Assembly: GCA_951406725.2 (NCBI GenBank)
Contig: OX597829.1
Coordinates: forward strand, 28,954,001 to 29,018,000
Reading direction: 5' to 3'
Length of the DNA stretch: 64,000 nt
From: Octopus vulgaris
Lineage: Eukaryota
The notes under the pieces were generated by a model. That model did not search any database. It had not been told where the DNA came from and was given only the letters and a program-made list of their open reading frames with translations. Positions 1 through 12,905 of this stretch are shown here, piece after piece. A program made the position numbers and the translations under genes. The stretch's first letter is position 1, and the number at the start of each line of letters is the position of its first letter.

Positions 1-120
1 TTCTAATTTTTATATATATATTATATTTTGTGAAATTTGATTTAGTATTTCTAAATTGAATTTTTCCCTGTAAGTTAGGAATAACATTCCCTCAAATTAT
101 TATTATATATACATATATAT

Positions 121-159
<39 letters not shown>

Positions 160-411
160 TGTCTTAAATGTGGGTTTTGTCCCCATTAATGGGGATGGCT
201 GGATCTACCTCAATGCCAAAGAAGCTGAGGCAGGCAGGTGCAGCCCACCCCAACCTTTGGGCTAGCTGGTGCCCAGTCTCTTTTGCTATCATGAAGGAAT
301 GTACTCCATCTTAAAGTTGTAGACCAATGCTGCAATCTATTTGCAGTATGTATAAGAATTCCTCTCTTCAGCCCCCAAATTGGTAAAAATGGTTGGTGAT
401 CAGTTTGTAGC

Positions 412-1085
412 CTAAAATCTGTGAAATTTCTTCATAGCAAAAATAAGCGCAAAAGCTTCTTTCTCTACTTGACTATAGTTTTTCTCTGCAGCTCTCAGAG
501 AATGTGAGACATGAACCACCACCTTCATATTACCGTCTTTATATTTGTGTAGCATTACTGCTCCTATGCTGTGTTCAGAAGCGTCAGGAACATCATAAGC
601 CAGTGACAAATCTGATATTAATATTATTTTAATATCGTCAAATGCATTTTGACAATTTTTTTGCCAATTCCATTTTACATCCTTTTTTTTAGAAAATTAT
701 TCAGTGGAACTCTCAAATTGGCATGTAGTTTTAATAATAATTTGCTAGACCTAGAAAACTTTGTATGGTCATTATATTCGTTGGAGGAGACATATTTTTT
801 ATAATTCCATCTGTCAAGGAATCTGGTTGTCTTCCATTTCTATCAATAATTTGTCCTAAATACTTAATTTTAAGAAAAAAAATTCACATTTCTCCTCACT
901 CAGTGTGAAACCGTAATCTGTTATTTTCTCAAAAGCACCCTTTACATGCTCAACATACTAATCCTGAGATTCCCTTTTAATTAATACATCATACAGGTAT
1001 GGAATTGCAAATTTACAGTCTGCTAACATCACAGCTATAACCTGATGAAAAATTGCAGGTGCAACCTTGAGGCCAAATGGGAGCT
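412..1085 (-). mobile_element. Ty3/Gypsy pol fragment (RT C-terminal part plus RNase H-like domain), decayed
   Basis: Minus-strand translation gives PFGLKVAPAIF, YLYDVLI (degenerate YxDD), KYLGQII, SFLGLANYY, DASEHSIGAVM and EKNYSQVEKEAFALIFAMKKFHRF. Stops and frameshifts are present. Confidence 0.92.
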
Positions 1086-1159
1086 ACTACTTATAGTCGT
1101 TCAGTCAGTCTATTCTCACAGGGGGTGTTGTGACTCTCACAACAATAATCATCAACCCT

Positions 1160-1955
1160 AGTAATTGGCCAGTATTTTATTTTATTTGGCCTTAAATGGC
1201 TGAAAAGCAAATTTGACCATGACAGGATATGAATTCAAAATGTAAAAAGCCAGAACAAATACCGCAAAGAATTTTTATTCTTAGTGCTGTAACAATTCCG
1301 CCTGCCCTCCTTGCCACCTTATTACTCCTTTCTACTATGGACATAAAGCCTGAAATTTTGGTAGAAGAGGGCCAGTTGATTACATCAGCCCCAGTATTTG
1401 ATTGACACTTATTTTATTAGGTTTGAAAGGACGAAGGGCAAAGTTAACCTCAGCAGCATTTGAACTCAGATTGTAAGGATGGAAGAAATGTCACTAAGCA
1501 TTTTGCTTGGAGTGCTCATAGCTCTACCAGCTCACCACCAACTACTACTAATAATAATAATAGTAAAAATAATAATCGTTTCTGCTACAGGCACAAGGTC
1601 TGAAATTTTTAGGAAGAGGGCTAGTAGATTGCATCAGCCCCAGTACTCAACTGGTACTTATTTTAGCAACCCTGAAAGGGTGAAATGCAAAGTTGATTCC
1701 AACAGCTTTTAAATAATAATAACAACAATACTAATAATAATGGTTTCAAATTTTGCCACAAAGGCAGCCATTTTTGGGGAGGAGATAAGTCAATTACATC
1801 GACTCCAGTGATCAACTGGTACTTACTTTATCGAACCCAAAAAGATGAAAGGTAAAGTTGACCTTGGCAGAATTTGAACTCAGAATATAGTGACAGGTGA
1901 AATACCACTAAGCATTTTGTCTGGCATGCTAACAATTCTGGCAACTTGCTGCCTT
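1160..1955 (-). repeat. Cluster of about 4 old, diverged copies of SINE family B
   Basis: Repeated ACTGGTACTTATTTTAT...GAAAGG..AAAGT.GACC...ATTTGAACTCAGA blocks, matching the reverse complement of the copy at 62038. Confidence 0.85.
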
Positions 1956-1977
1956 AAATGATGATAATAATAATAAT

Positions 1978-2240
1978 GTGCCTATAGTAATTGCTAGATT
2001 GGAAACTGAGTAAAGATATAGACAAATGGTTGAAGGAGATTAGAATAGCATGCCCTGCAGAGCTTCTACAGAAAGTTTGCCTCTTAGGGACAGGCGAGAT
2101 TACCAAGAGGATTTTTAGCGCTTGAAGGACTGTTGAAAGCTTATGGATATCTAAGGTTACAGGTAGTACGTACTACCCACATAACTTCTATCAGAAATAA
2201 GAACAAAGCTGACTCAAATCAAAAATATTAATATTAATGA
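1978..2240 (+). mobile_element. Extreme 3' fragment of an R4/Dong-like RLE non-LTR retrotransposon
   Basis: VPIVIARL...KWLKEIRIACPAELLQKVCLLGTGEITKRIF* resembles the C-terminus of the element at 4034-5841. It starts directly after an (AAT)n run. Confidence 0.7.
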
Positions 2241-2399
2241 CAATATTTTCAAATTTTGCTATAAAGACAGCAACTACATCAACCCCAGTGCTCAACTGGT
2301 ACTTATTTTATCGACTCCAAAATGATATAAGGCAAAGCCAACCACGACAGAATTTAAATCCAGAATGTAAAAAGCTGGAAGAATTGCTGCTTGCTGCCT

Positions 2400-2413
2400 T
2401 GATGATGATGATG

Positions 2414-2450
<37 letters not shown>

Positions 2451-2477
2451 TAATAGTAATAATAATAATAATGATAA

Positions 2478-2530
<53 letters not shown>

Positions 2531-2536
2531 ATAATA
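2400..2536. repeat. Compound microsatellite (GAT)n(AAT)n(AGT)n
   Basis: Directly visible. Confidence 0.98.
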
Positions 2537-2707
2537 AGAGCACTCAGAGAGAGCAAACCTCTGCCGAGGCATCACCAATGTCCTCTCACTGATTAGCAGG
2601 GGATAATTTTTAAAATGAGAATATATGAATTAAACTCGACTACTCTCACAAACAAGAATACTAAAAATGAACCCAACCACTCTCAAAAATGACGTAAAAA
2701 AAAAAAC

Positions 2708-2942
2708 AAGGCGGTGAGCTAGCAGAAACGTTAGCACGCCGATCAAAATGCGCAGCGGTATTTTGTCTGCCACTACGTTCTGAGTTCAAATTCCACCGAG
2801 GTCGACTTTGCCTTTCATCCTTTCGAGGTCAATTAAATAAGTACCAGTTACACACTGGGGGTCGATGTAATCAACTTAATCCATGTGTTTGTCCTCGTTT
2901 GTCCCCTCTGTGTTTAACCTCTTGTGGGTAATAAAGAAATAG
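2708..2942 (+). mobile_element. SINE family B (tRNA-derived head, Meta-domain-like core), full length
   Basis: AAGGCGGTGAGCTAGCAGAAACG head, B-box-like GAGTTCAAATTCC, core GCCTTTCATCCTTTCGAGGTC..TAAGTACCAG and tail AATAAAGAAATA. Confidence 0.9.
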
Positions 2943-2993
2943 AAAAATGAAGTAAAAAAAACAGAAAAATAATCCAGAATCCTTGTCTGGTAC

Positions 2994-3260
2994 CTAATCA
3001 ATCCCAATGGTAGACATAAAATGTGAAGGTGAGTGTGCGAGCCATGTTTGTAATGCTGTGTATGTATTGTCTACATTGGGAACAGGGACAGTTCTCTCTA
3101 TGGAGGCCTTTTTTAGTCTATCCACTGATATAGTGTTTTTGTGACCATTAAGGTCTATAGTGAAAAATTTATCCATGCGTGAAACAAAACAGAAAGGACT
3201 TGCATGCAGTGCTGTTAACAGAGGTTTAACAACACTGTTGCACACAAAAACGTGAGTCGA
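2994..3260 (-). mobile_element. Gypsy integrase C-terminal remnant
   Basis: KPLLTALHASPF...KFFTIDLNGHKNTISVDRLKKA matches the GPF/GPY module followed by SIDRLK(P)A in Gypsy integrases. Confidence 0.75.
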
Positions 3261-3847
3261 AGAAATAAAGCTTCCTTCAAGACAGAGCTAGAAATGCAAT
3301 AGTCAAGTAGGTAAGAGGTTTTTAACAGGAGCGATATATTAAAAATTAGCAAAAGTAAAAATTGTCAAGGATAAATTAAATTTATTATTATTACTGAATA
3401 TGTTAGTGTTGTTTAATTTCTGAACGGTTTTGCTGCTGTTTGTTTATGTAGTTTGATCTCTTTATCCATCAGTTTCTATTAAGATAGAGAGGCAGGTAAA
3501 ATTAATAATAGAGAAACGAAAATAAAACTTTGGAAACAGCAACACCACCATAACTTAAGTGGAAACTATGAGCATGCTTTCAAGGGAGATAATCAGAGAA
3601 AGACTTGAAAGTGAATGTAAGATTGTAATACTTCATGTAAAGTAAAGTAAATATAACAAATAATCCAGAATCCTTGCCTGGTACTGGATCGATCCCAAAA
3701 TCTAAGCAGTTTGTGCCAGTCACGAGGCCAAACATCCATGAAAGTTTCATCTGAATCCATCCAGTGGTTCTTGAAATATCTAAGTACATGAACAAACAAA
3801 CAAACACATAATTGAAAACAATACCTCTGCAGTTGTTAAGGCAGAGA

Positions 3848-3849
3848 TG

Positions 3850-3919
<70 letters not shown>

Positions 3920-3936
3920 TAATAATAATACTAAGG

Positions 3937-4032
<96 letters not shown>
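3848..4032. repeat. (AAT)n microsatellite
   Basis: Directly visible. It is the source of the poly-Ile ORFs. Confidence 0.99.
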
Positions 4033-4033
<1 letters not shown>

Positions 4034-4035
<2 letters not shown>

Positions 4036-5841
4036 GGATGATTTAAAGCTCTTTGTAAAAAATAACCAACAAGTACTGGACTTACTAGCAACTGTTAAAC
4101 AGTTCAGTGATTAGACATCAGGATGGACTTTGGCCTCAATAAATGTGCAAAAGCTACCTTTATCAGGGAAAAAATGATAGAAACATCCAACATTAATCTT
4201 GACCAACAGAATGTCATAAAGGAGTTAGAAACAGCAGAGAGCTACAAATATGTAGGGGTATTTGAAGGTGATGGAATCAAACAGTCAATGATGTGGGAAA
4301 AGATCAGAAAAGAGTGTTATCACAGGGTGAGGGCAATACACAAGACACAACAAAATGCAAGATACAGGATCAAAGCAATCAACACTTTAGCCATACTAGT
4401 CAGGATTTACAGTTTCAATATTATTCACTTGTCAATTACTGAAATCTATAATCTTGACAGAAAAATACAAAAATTGTTGACAATGCACCACCCAAAGGCA
4501 GATATAGAATGACTCTACTTGCCAAGAAAAGAGGGTGGCCATGGACTTTTACAACTGGAATTAACAATGAATATTGCCACAATTGACCTAAACACCTACC
4601 TGAAAAACTCTGATGACTGTATCTTAAAACTTGTTTTAAAGCATGAAAACAAAAAAACATTACACTTAGTAACAAATCAGGCAAAGAAATATCTAAGTAA
4701 ATTCCATATGCAAAAAATCCCAGAATTAGACATACTGGAAACAAGCACAGAGAAAGCTAAGCATATGAAAACCCATGCTAAAACTGCTGCTTTAGATATT
4801 CTTACTGATAAATGGCAAGGAAAGCCTCTTAATGGCAAACACCCAAAGAGAACTATTAAGGCCAATGTTGACAAAGCCCTTACCCATCAATGGTTAGTGT
4901 CTTCTAGCTTAAAATCAGAGACAGAAGGGTTTATCATAGTTGCCAACAGCTTAAAGAACAGCAATAGCCCAACATATCATATATGTAAACAACAAAATGA
5001 AACCATTGATAATTTTGTCTCTGTGTGCAGTTTTCTTGTGTCTACAGAGTATCTCAACAGGCATAATAGAGCAGCACATTAGATTCACTGGGTAATTTGC
5101 AAAAACCTGGACCTGCCCCATGATAAAAACTGGTGGGAACACAAACTACTTTCAGTGCTTGAAAATGACCACATCTCACACATTTGGAACTTCACCATTC
5201 AAACTGACAGAAAGGTAAATGCAAATAACACAGACATTATATTGAAGGACAAAAATCATGCCTTCTCATCGATATGAGTGTCCCAATCAACATAAATGTA
5301 TATGTCAAGACCTACCAAAGACTGAGCAAGTATAAAGATCTTAAAATAGAAATTGGCAAAATGTAGAACTGCATGAGCAAAACAATACCTGTTGTTATAG
5401 GGGCGGGCCCTAAGAATGATAGCAAAAGGGGCTGATTGCTACCTAGCTCATATACCAGGAAATCCAAAAATGGAAGAAATTAAAAAAATAGTGCTCGTGG
5501 GAATTGCCCATATCCTACGTAAAGTATTGTCTATGCAATCCCCCAAACATTTTAATATGTAAACATCGTGAAAAATACTTTTAAATGTACATAACAGCAA
5601 ACACCTTTTGCTGTCATCTTAACATCACACTATCATCTTATAATCAAATTACTTTTAAAACAAACTTCTAATTTACTTTTGTTTTGACAGACGTTCTCGA
5701 GAACAATACTCTGTGCAAAAACAAATATATGACACCCTAGTCATAATACTAACTTGGACTTATAACTTGTCTCTTGAGGTTTCTGGGTGAGACTTGGGAG
5801 TCAACTTGTACAAATACAGAGCAAAAGCCAAACATAATAAT
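4034..5841 (+). mobile_element. 5'-truncated R4/Dong-like non-LTR retrotransposon (RT, zinc knuckle, restriction-like endonuclease), pseudogenised
   Basis: Begins at MDDLKLF (RT YMDD region). Then FGLNKCA, HPKADIE*LYLPRKEGGHGL, LKSETEGFII, (C)HICKQQNETI..C...YLNRHN, WNFTIQTDRK..ANNTDII, KYKDL and GIAHILRKVL. The 3' UTR ends in ATAATAAT. Confidence 0.93.
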
Positions 5842-6066
5842 CCTTTTGACTATAGGTACATTTATAGAAATTTTGGGAAAGTGGTGGGGGTTAGTTGATT
5901 ACATTGACCTTGGTACTTGACTGGTATTTTATTTTATCAACTTCAAAACTATGAATGGCAAAGCTATCTTCTGCAGCATTTGAACTCAGAAATTAAAAAA
6001 GCCAAACGAAAGGCTGCTAAGCATCTTATCCAATGTGCTAATGAGTCTGCAGCTTGCCACCTTTGC

Positions 6067-6101
<35 letters not shown>

Positions 6102-6123
6102 TGATGATGATGATGATGATAAC

Positions 6124-6208
<85 letters not shown>

Positions 6209-6210
6209 TA
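6067..6210. repeat. Compound (AAT)n(GAT)n(AAT)n microsatellite
   Basis: Directly visible. Confidence 0.98.
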
Positions 6211-6465
6211 AAAAATAGTGATAAAAAAAATAAATAGCCTTGGCAGTGCCGCTTATACACAAGTGACCTCAGCACATTGTTGCCAAATCTGAGGCAGCGC
6301 TGACAGATAAGATGGAAACTTGATATCTTGGTTTGTGAAAGTCGAGATCTTTATATTCATGATGAGGTGAGAAACTTGAGATATTATTGGAGATTATAAT
6401 TTAAATTTAACCAGGTAGAAACAAATAAGAACAAACGTGCGTGTTTGTATATATATATATTTATA

Positions 6466-6512
<47 letters not shown>

Positions 6513-7103
6513 CTTTTTACAGATAACTTTAAAAACTAGTTCAGGAGAGAATTAGAAATCAGCAACATTTAAGTTCAGCTTTACGTCAATGCTTAACTGA
6601 AAGCCCACTGGATGTTTGTTGTTGACTTTATGCGACTGTTGTTGTTTCATCCTCTGAGAAGTGTTACATTGTTTTGAAAGTTCGTTTGTTATATAATAAG
6701 CTCTGTTTAATTTGATACTTGCATGAAGGTCTTTAAATTAATAAGTGAACAGGAATCTTAACACACATTATTTCTCAAAGATGAATCCTCTCTATATATA
6801 TTATTCTTTTATTCTTTTAACTGTTTCAGTTGTTTGAGTGTGGCCATGCTGGAGCACCACTTTAAAGGGTTTCTAGTCAAAGAAATTGACCCCAGGACTT
6901 ATTCTTTGTATGGCCAGGACTTATTCTCTGTATGGCCAGTTCATATTTAATTGGTCCCTTTTGCCAAACCACTAAGTTATGGGGACATAAACACACCAAC
7001 AGCGGTTGTCAAGTGATGGGGTGAGGGTGGGGGCAAACACAGACACACACACATAAATATATACATGTATATTTTCATAAAAGCTTTTTGTATATATATA
7101 TAT

Positions 7104-7497
7104 ATCATCATCATCATCATCATCATCGTTTAACGTCCGTTCTCCATGCTAGCATGGGTTGGACGGTTCGACCAGGGATCTGGGAAGCCAGAAGGCTGCA
7201 CCAGACTCCAGTCTTATCTGGCAATGTTTCTACAGCTGGATGCCCTTCCTAACGCCAACCACCCCGTGAGTGTAGTGGGTGCTTTTTACGTGCCACCTGC
7301 ACAGGTGCCAGGCGAGGCTGGCAACGGCCACGGTCGGATTGGTGTATTTTATGTGCCACCGGCATGGAAGCCAGTCGAGGCGGCGCTGGCATTGGCCACG
7401 AGTTGGATAGTGCTTTTTACGTACCACCAGACCAGGGATCCTGGCTGGTTCAATTCGATTTCGCTTTCGCTTGCCCCAACATGTCTTCGCAAGCAAA
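7104..7497 (-). mobile_element. RTE-LINE 3' UTR/tail with ~63-bp internal units and (GAT)n tail, nested in a family A SINE
   Basis: Same sequence as the 3' UTR attached to the RTE ORF end at 18596-19480. Family A sequence continues on both sides (6803-7075 and 7515-7650). Confidence 0.85.
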
Positions 7498-7652
7498 GGG
7501 GGGTTGGCATACACACACAATGGACTTCTTTCAGTTTCCATCTACCAAATCTACTCACAAAGCTTTGGCCGGCCCGAGGCCATAGTAAATGACACCCAAG
7601 ATGCCATGCACTGGGATTGAACCATGAACCATGTGGTTGGGAAGCAAGCTTC

Positions 7653-7885
7653 TTATTTCTTTATTGCCTTCAAGAGGCTAAGCATAGAGGGGATAAACAA
7701 GGACAGACAAAGGGATTAAGTTGATTACATCGACTCCAGTGTGTAACTGGTACTTAATTTATCGACCCCAAAAGGATGAAAAGCAAAGTCGACCTCGGTA
7801 GAATTTGAACTCAGAACGTATCAGCAGACGAAAATACACTAATCATTTCGCCCGGCGTGCCAACGTTTCTGCCAGCTCGCCACCT
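7653..7885 (-). mobile_element. SINE family B, full length
   Basis: Reverse complement of the 62038-62270 type copy. Confidence 0.9.
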
Positions 7886-7987
7886 CCCTACCACACAGCC
7901 ATGCCTACTGTATTTCTGTTGAAATACACTGCCATTTTTTTTTCAATTAAGTTAGAAAATATTGGAGAAATTAGAAAATAAATTTAA

Positions 7988-8028
7988 CTTTCACCCAGGC
8001 GGCCCAGGTTCGATTCCTGGCATGGGAA
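7988..8028 (+). pseudogene. 3' half of tRNA-Glu(TTC)
   Basis: CTTTCACCCAGGCGGCCCAGGTTCGATTCCTGGCATGGGAA matches the anticodon loop, variable region, T-arm and 3' acceptor strand of animal tRNA-Glu(TTC). The 5' half is absent. Confidence 0.88.
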
Positions 8029-8040
8029 TATTACTTTTAT

Positions 8041-8162
8041 AGGCGTAGGAGTGGGTGTGTAGTAAGTAGCTTGCTTATGAACCACATGGTTTCGGGTTCA
8101 GTCCCACTGCGTGGTACCTTGGGCAAGTGTCTTCTACTATAGCTTTGGGCCGGTCGTATACA

Positions 8163-8205
<43 letters not shown>

Positions 8206-8415
8206 CTGTTTGTGTGTCTGTTTTTGTCCCCCCAACATCGCTTGACAACCGATGCTGGTGTGTTTACATCCCTGTAACCTAGCGGTTTGGCAAAAAGAGA
8301 CCAACAGAATAAGTACTAGGCTTATAAAGAATAAGTCCTGGGGTCGATTTGCTCAACTAAAGGCCACAGTCAAATGACTGAAACAAGTAAAAGGATTAAA
8401 AAAAAGTAAAAAGAG
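8041..8415 (+). mobile_element. SINE family A (tRNA-derived head, CORE-like ACCTTGGGCAAGTG, internal dinucleotide microsatellite; resembles octopus OR-type SINEs)
   Basis: GGCGTAGGAGTGG..GTGTAGTAAG head, GGGTTCAGTCCC B box and (GTAAAAGA)n tail. More than 20 copies occur in the window. Confidence 0.9.
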
Positions 8416-9228
8416 TTAGTAAGCTGGTTTTGTAGCATAAATTAGCATGAAGTTTTGATGGAAGATTTAAATTTAGATCACTTTAACCCTTTTGTTACCA
8501 TATTTCTTTTTGAAATGCATAGTCTTTGTTTCAATTAATTTTGAAACTTTGAAAAGACTTAGCAAGATAATTTTTCCTTATTGAATTAGTATTTTAAACA
8601 TAAATTTATATGAAATTTTGATGGAAGTCTTGAGATCATTTTAAAACAGGAAGTTTGTATTAGAGAACCAGGGGCACTATTTTAGGTTAGATAAAAAAAA
8701 AAGGTTAGACAAGTGAAAACTATTTGTGTTCTTTTGGCTCATTTTCTTGATACTAGACAAGTCTCACTTTCATCATCATCATCATCATCATCATTCACTT
8801 TCCATACTAGACAACAGTTAGACTATGTTATCCTAATCCAAAACAGATCTTGTTCAGAATTACTGCCCCTTACTGCCCTTTGAGTACCAAAATCACACAA
8901 TCTCTTGTAATCGAGGAACATAACAATCAAAAGCCAAGGTCCTTAAATCTGGCTCATGTGGTAGTTTTTTTCGTTTTTTTTTTTGACAGCAACAGCTGTC
9001 TCTTGTAGGCTTTGCTTGTTTTATTCTTTTAATTTTTTTACAAGATTACCATCATTCATGAAATATGGTCCCACAAAATGTTACCATATGCATGAATTTC
9101 TTTCAACAGAATCAGAGTTTTGGTACTGTGTTTTCATTGATTTTTGGATGAATTGCCCTCTATCACTCTCTCCCTCCTACCCCACATCCCTATTCTCCTC
9201 TTCTTCTACTACCACTACAACTATTATG

Positions 9229-9268
<40 letters not shown>

Positions 9269-10481
9269 GTACGATTACTGCTGCTGCTGCTGTTGAAAAT
9301 TCTGGGATTTTCAAATTTACATTAAGCTTATTTATGTGCAACGGAAGCTGTTTTAGTACCAAACAGTAATCTTTATATCTCACTTAACATGGGTATACTG
9401 ATATACTTTAAGAACACCATAGTACAGTGGTATTCAACTTGAGAATATAGATGTAAGTACTAAAAAGCACACAATTATCAGTAGTGAGCAAAAAATGTCT
9501 AGCAACAGCAGCAGAACTTCTAGATCGTGCGATTTCTGCATGCATGCATATCATCAGCAGCAGATATTGACTATCAGCGCAATACTAATAACCTGGTGTA
9601 GAACAATATACATATACCCTTCAATGAAGTGTTAGTTGAGTATAGAGAAAAAAAAAGTATAGTTGAGTGTTAGTCCCCAAAGTCCATCCCCTCCTCACCG
9701 TGGTGGGGATGCTGGCAACGGGTAGTGTCAGAGCTATGCCGTTGGGAACTTCGGTTCCTGGTAGGGTCACCCAAGGCAGATTGGTCTGACACCAAGTGGT
9801 ATTAGGGCCACAACCCGGCAGACGGGGCTCTGGTGAAAATCCTCGGAGTGTCTGCTTCGGCAATCGGCGGCTCCTCGGTCATTCTGTCCCTGCGTCTGCG
9901 GACAATCTGTAGCAAACAGGATGTCTCCACATGCGGGATTGTTGGGGACCACTTGTGAAATCCACATATTCACACGAAACTTCTTCCATGAGTAGAAGAA
10001 GCCAACTCAACGCACCCAGGGTGAATGTCGCCACAAGTACAAGTACAAGTAAGCTAGTTAAGTATAGAAAAAAAAGAGATAACAAAAGAATAAATGATTA
10101 TCTTATGAACTTCATTAGCTGACAACTGTTTCCTCTATATGATGTGGTGGATTCATAGTTGAGTGCCTGAGTTACAACTCATAGCCTCATCAGAGCTTCA
10201 AATATGAATTGCACTTCATATTTGAAACTTTAATGAAACTATGTGTATATGCACGTATGCATGCATACATACACACTTACATACATACATACATACATTA
10301 ATATGTGCAACTAAGTTTCCATAAATTAGAAACCTTAAAATAATATTTACATTCGACAGATATTTGTCCTCATCTTGTTTGTTGTTAACACGGTTTGGCT
10401 GATATACCCTCCAGCCTTCATCAGGTGTCTTGGGAAAATTTCGAACCTGGGTTCTCATTCCTAAGGTATTCTTCGATGTTA

Positions 10482-10527
<46 letters not shown>

Positions 10528-10534
10528 GCCCACA

Positions 10535-10606
10535 GGCATATGGCGTAGTGGTTAAGAGTGCGGGCTACTAACCCCAAGATTCTGAGTTCAATTCCAAGCA
10601 GTGACC
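10535..10606 (+). promoter_or_regulatory. tRNA-derived Pol III head (closest to tRNA-Thr(AGT) by eye)
   Basis: A box TGGCGTAGTGG at 10541-10551, anticodon-like loop CTACTAA in a GGG/CCC stem, and B box GAGTTCAATTCC at 10584-10595. Confidence 0.8.
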
Positions 10607-10608
10607 TG

Positions 10609-10791
<183 letters not shown>

Positions 10792-10836
10792 GAAGAATAC
10801 CTTAGGAATGAGAACCCAGGTTCGAAATTTCCCCAA

Positions 10837-10879
10837 GACACCTGATGAAGGCTGGAGGGTATATCAGCTGAAACGTGTT
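10837..10879 (+). ncRNA. Minimal type I hammerhead ribozyme motif (this copy lacks the cleavage triplet)
   Basis: GACAC-CTGATGA-A-GGCTG(gagggtatat)CAGCT-GAAAC-GTGTT. The copies at 61 kb retain AAACGTT-GTGTT. Confidence 0.7.
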
Positions 10880-12343
10880 AACAACAAAGAAGATGAGGAC
10901 AAATATCCGTCGAATGTAAATAATATAAATAATGTACATAATTCCTCATCTCTTAAATATAGAACTTAAAATAATATTCTATCCATAATTAGAATCTCAA
11001 TGAAGGCAATAATGGAATGTCGGTATATGTTATAATAAAAACATGAAAATCTCCATAAACCAAGGAATTTGGAACCCTATGACAATGAAGGACAACTTAG
11101 AACAATGAGACCTTAAAAATAAAAGATTCATCTGCAGCTCTCGGTGGTTCAAACTGGATACACAATCTATATGGGTGTCTTTTCAAAACATTGCCTGGTT
11201 TAAAAAGCCACATCAGACGTCATGATGATTTTAAGGTGTAGGTACAGGAGGTGGTCGGACTCTACATAAGGAGTGAGACAACCACCATATATATATATAT
11301 ATTATTGGATAATAGAACGTATGGTTTAGACCTGGTAGCTTACTGGTAAAGTAATCGTTATGTTCCTGAACCAGCTGTTGAATGTCCCACTCATGAGGGA
11401 TCAATGCTAGATGTGTCAAAACAATTGGTATGATTAATAATGAATTCTCGTATACTCCATCTTCTGTCTTTCACTTGCCATATATATATATAGCGGTTCG
11501 GCAAAAGAGACCGATAGAATAAGTACTGGGCTTACAAAGAATAAGTCCCGGGGTCAATTTGCCTGACTAAAGGCGGTGCTCCAGCATGGCCGCAGTCAAA
11601 TAACTGAAACAAGTAAAAGAGTAAAAGAGTATATATATATGCGTGTGTGTGTGAGTGTGTACTCTTTTATACTCTTTTACTCGTTTCAGTCATTTGACTG
11701 CGGCCATGTTGGAGCACCGCCTTAAAGAATTTTATATATAAAGAATTTTTTTTCTTTTTTTTCCATTCCTCTTCCCTTTTCTCTCCCTTTCTATTTCTCT
11801 TCCTTTTTTCCCCTCTATTTCAATCCCTTAAATATATTCATTAATTTAGCATCATGTATATTTACTTTGAAATAGCATTCTCTATCTACTTCTCTCAGCT
11901 GTAACCAAGATGGCAGAGTCAATATGTATTATGTTCTATTTATGTGATAAATCCTAAATGTTAAATTTTACTCTTACTCCACCTGAAGAAAATGGCTTTT
12001 ATATGAGATAATAGTTTTGTTCATCAATAAAGGACATATCTGAAACAGCTGTATTGAACCTCAACCCATTTGTATTATTGTTTATACATCCATACATATA
12101 TATATAAATATATTTTATTTGTTTCAGTCATTTGATTGCAGTCATGCTGGAACATTGCCTTGAAGAGGTTTTAGTCAAACAAATCAACCCAGGACTTATT
12201 TCTGAAGCCTAGTACTTATTCTATCAGACTTTTTTGCCAAACTGCTAAGTTAAGGGGAAATAATCACATCAACATTAGTTGTCAAACGGTGATTGCAAGG
12301 ACAAACACAGATGCAAAGACACACACACATAGATATATACATA

Positions 12344-12905
12344 TACAGGGTGTGTAAAGTATTTGAGGACATACCTTTTTTGGGGTCATTGCTGTATTTT
12401 ATTGCTAACCCTGTATAATCTTTGTTTCAGAAAATAATAATGGCAGACCTTCAGCTTACTCAAGAAATGAAGAGGCATGCTGTTACTGTGGTAAAAAAAA
12501 GCTGAGCATAGCAATTTAGAAATTTCTTGATTTTTAAAACTTGTCAAATCTTTCGTCTACAAAGTTTGTAAGGAGCTAGAGACTGCAGATAGAAATGATT
12601 CACCAGTATCAAAACATAAAAAGCATTCTAAATGCTCTGAAATCATCAGAACACCTGAATTTACCCAGAACGTTCAACAGACCATTGATTACAATCCCAG
12701 AAAATCCATGAGGTCAATTGCAAAAGATCTCAATGTCCCAGAAGGAACAGTTAGAAATGTTATCCATGAAGACATTAGATGTAAGTCTTATATGATGAGG
12801 AAAGGTCAATTTGTCAGAAAAAGCAAAAGAAAATCACTACATCAGATCTAAAAGGCTCTTAAACAAACTGAAAAACCCAACAGAAGGAGATTTGATTTGG
12901 TTTTA
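12344..12905 (+). mobile_element. Tc1/mariner-superfamily transposase N-terminal remnant
   Basis: TA-CAGGGTG terminus-like sequence, then ATG at 12440: MADLQLTQEMKRHAV...IIRTPEF...NPRKSMRSIAKDLNVPEGTVRNVIHEDI (HTH)...RSKRLLNKLK. Frameshifts are present and it is truncated before the DDD/E domain. Confidence 0.85.

Noticed and set aside
10535-10606. Functional tRNA gene
   Set aside because: The acceptor stem pairs poorly, there is no terminator, and the sequence is fused to a repeat body, so it is a SINE head.
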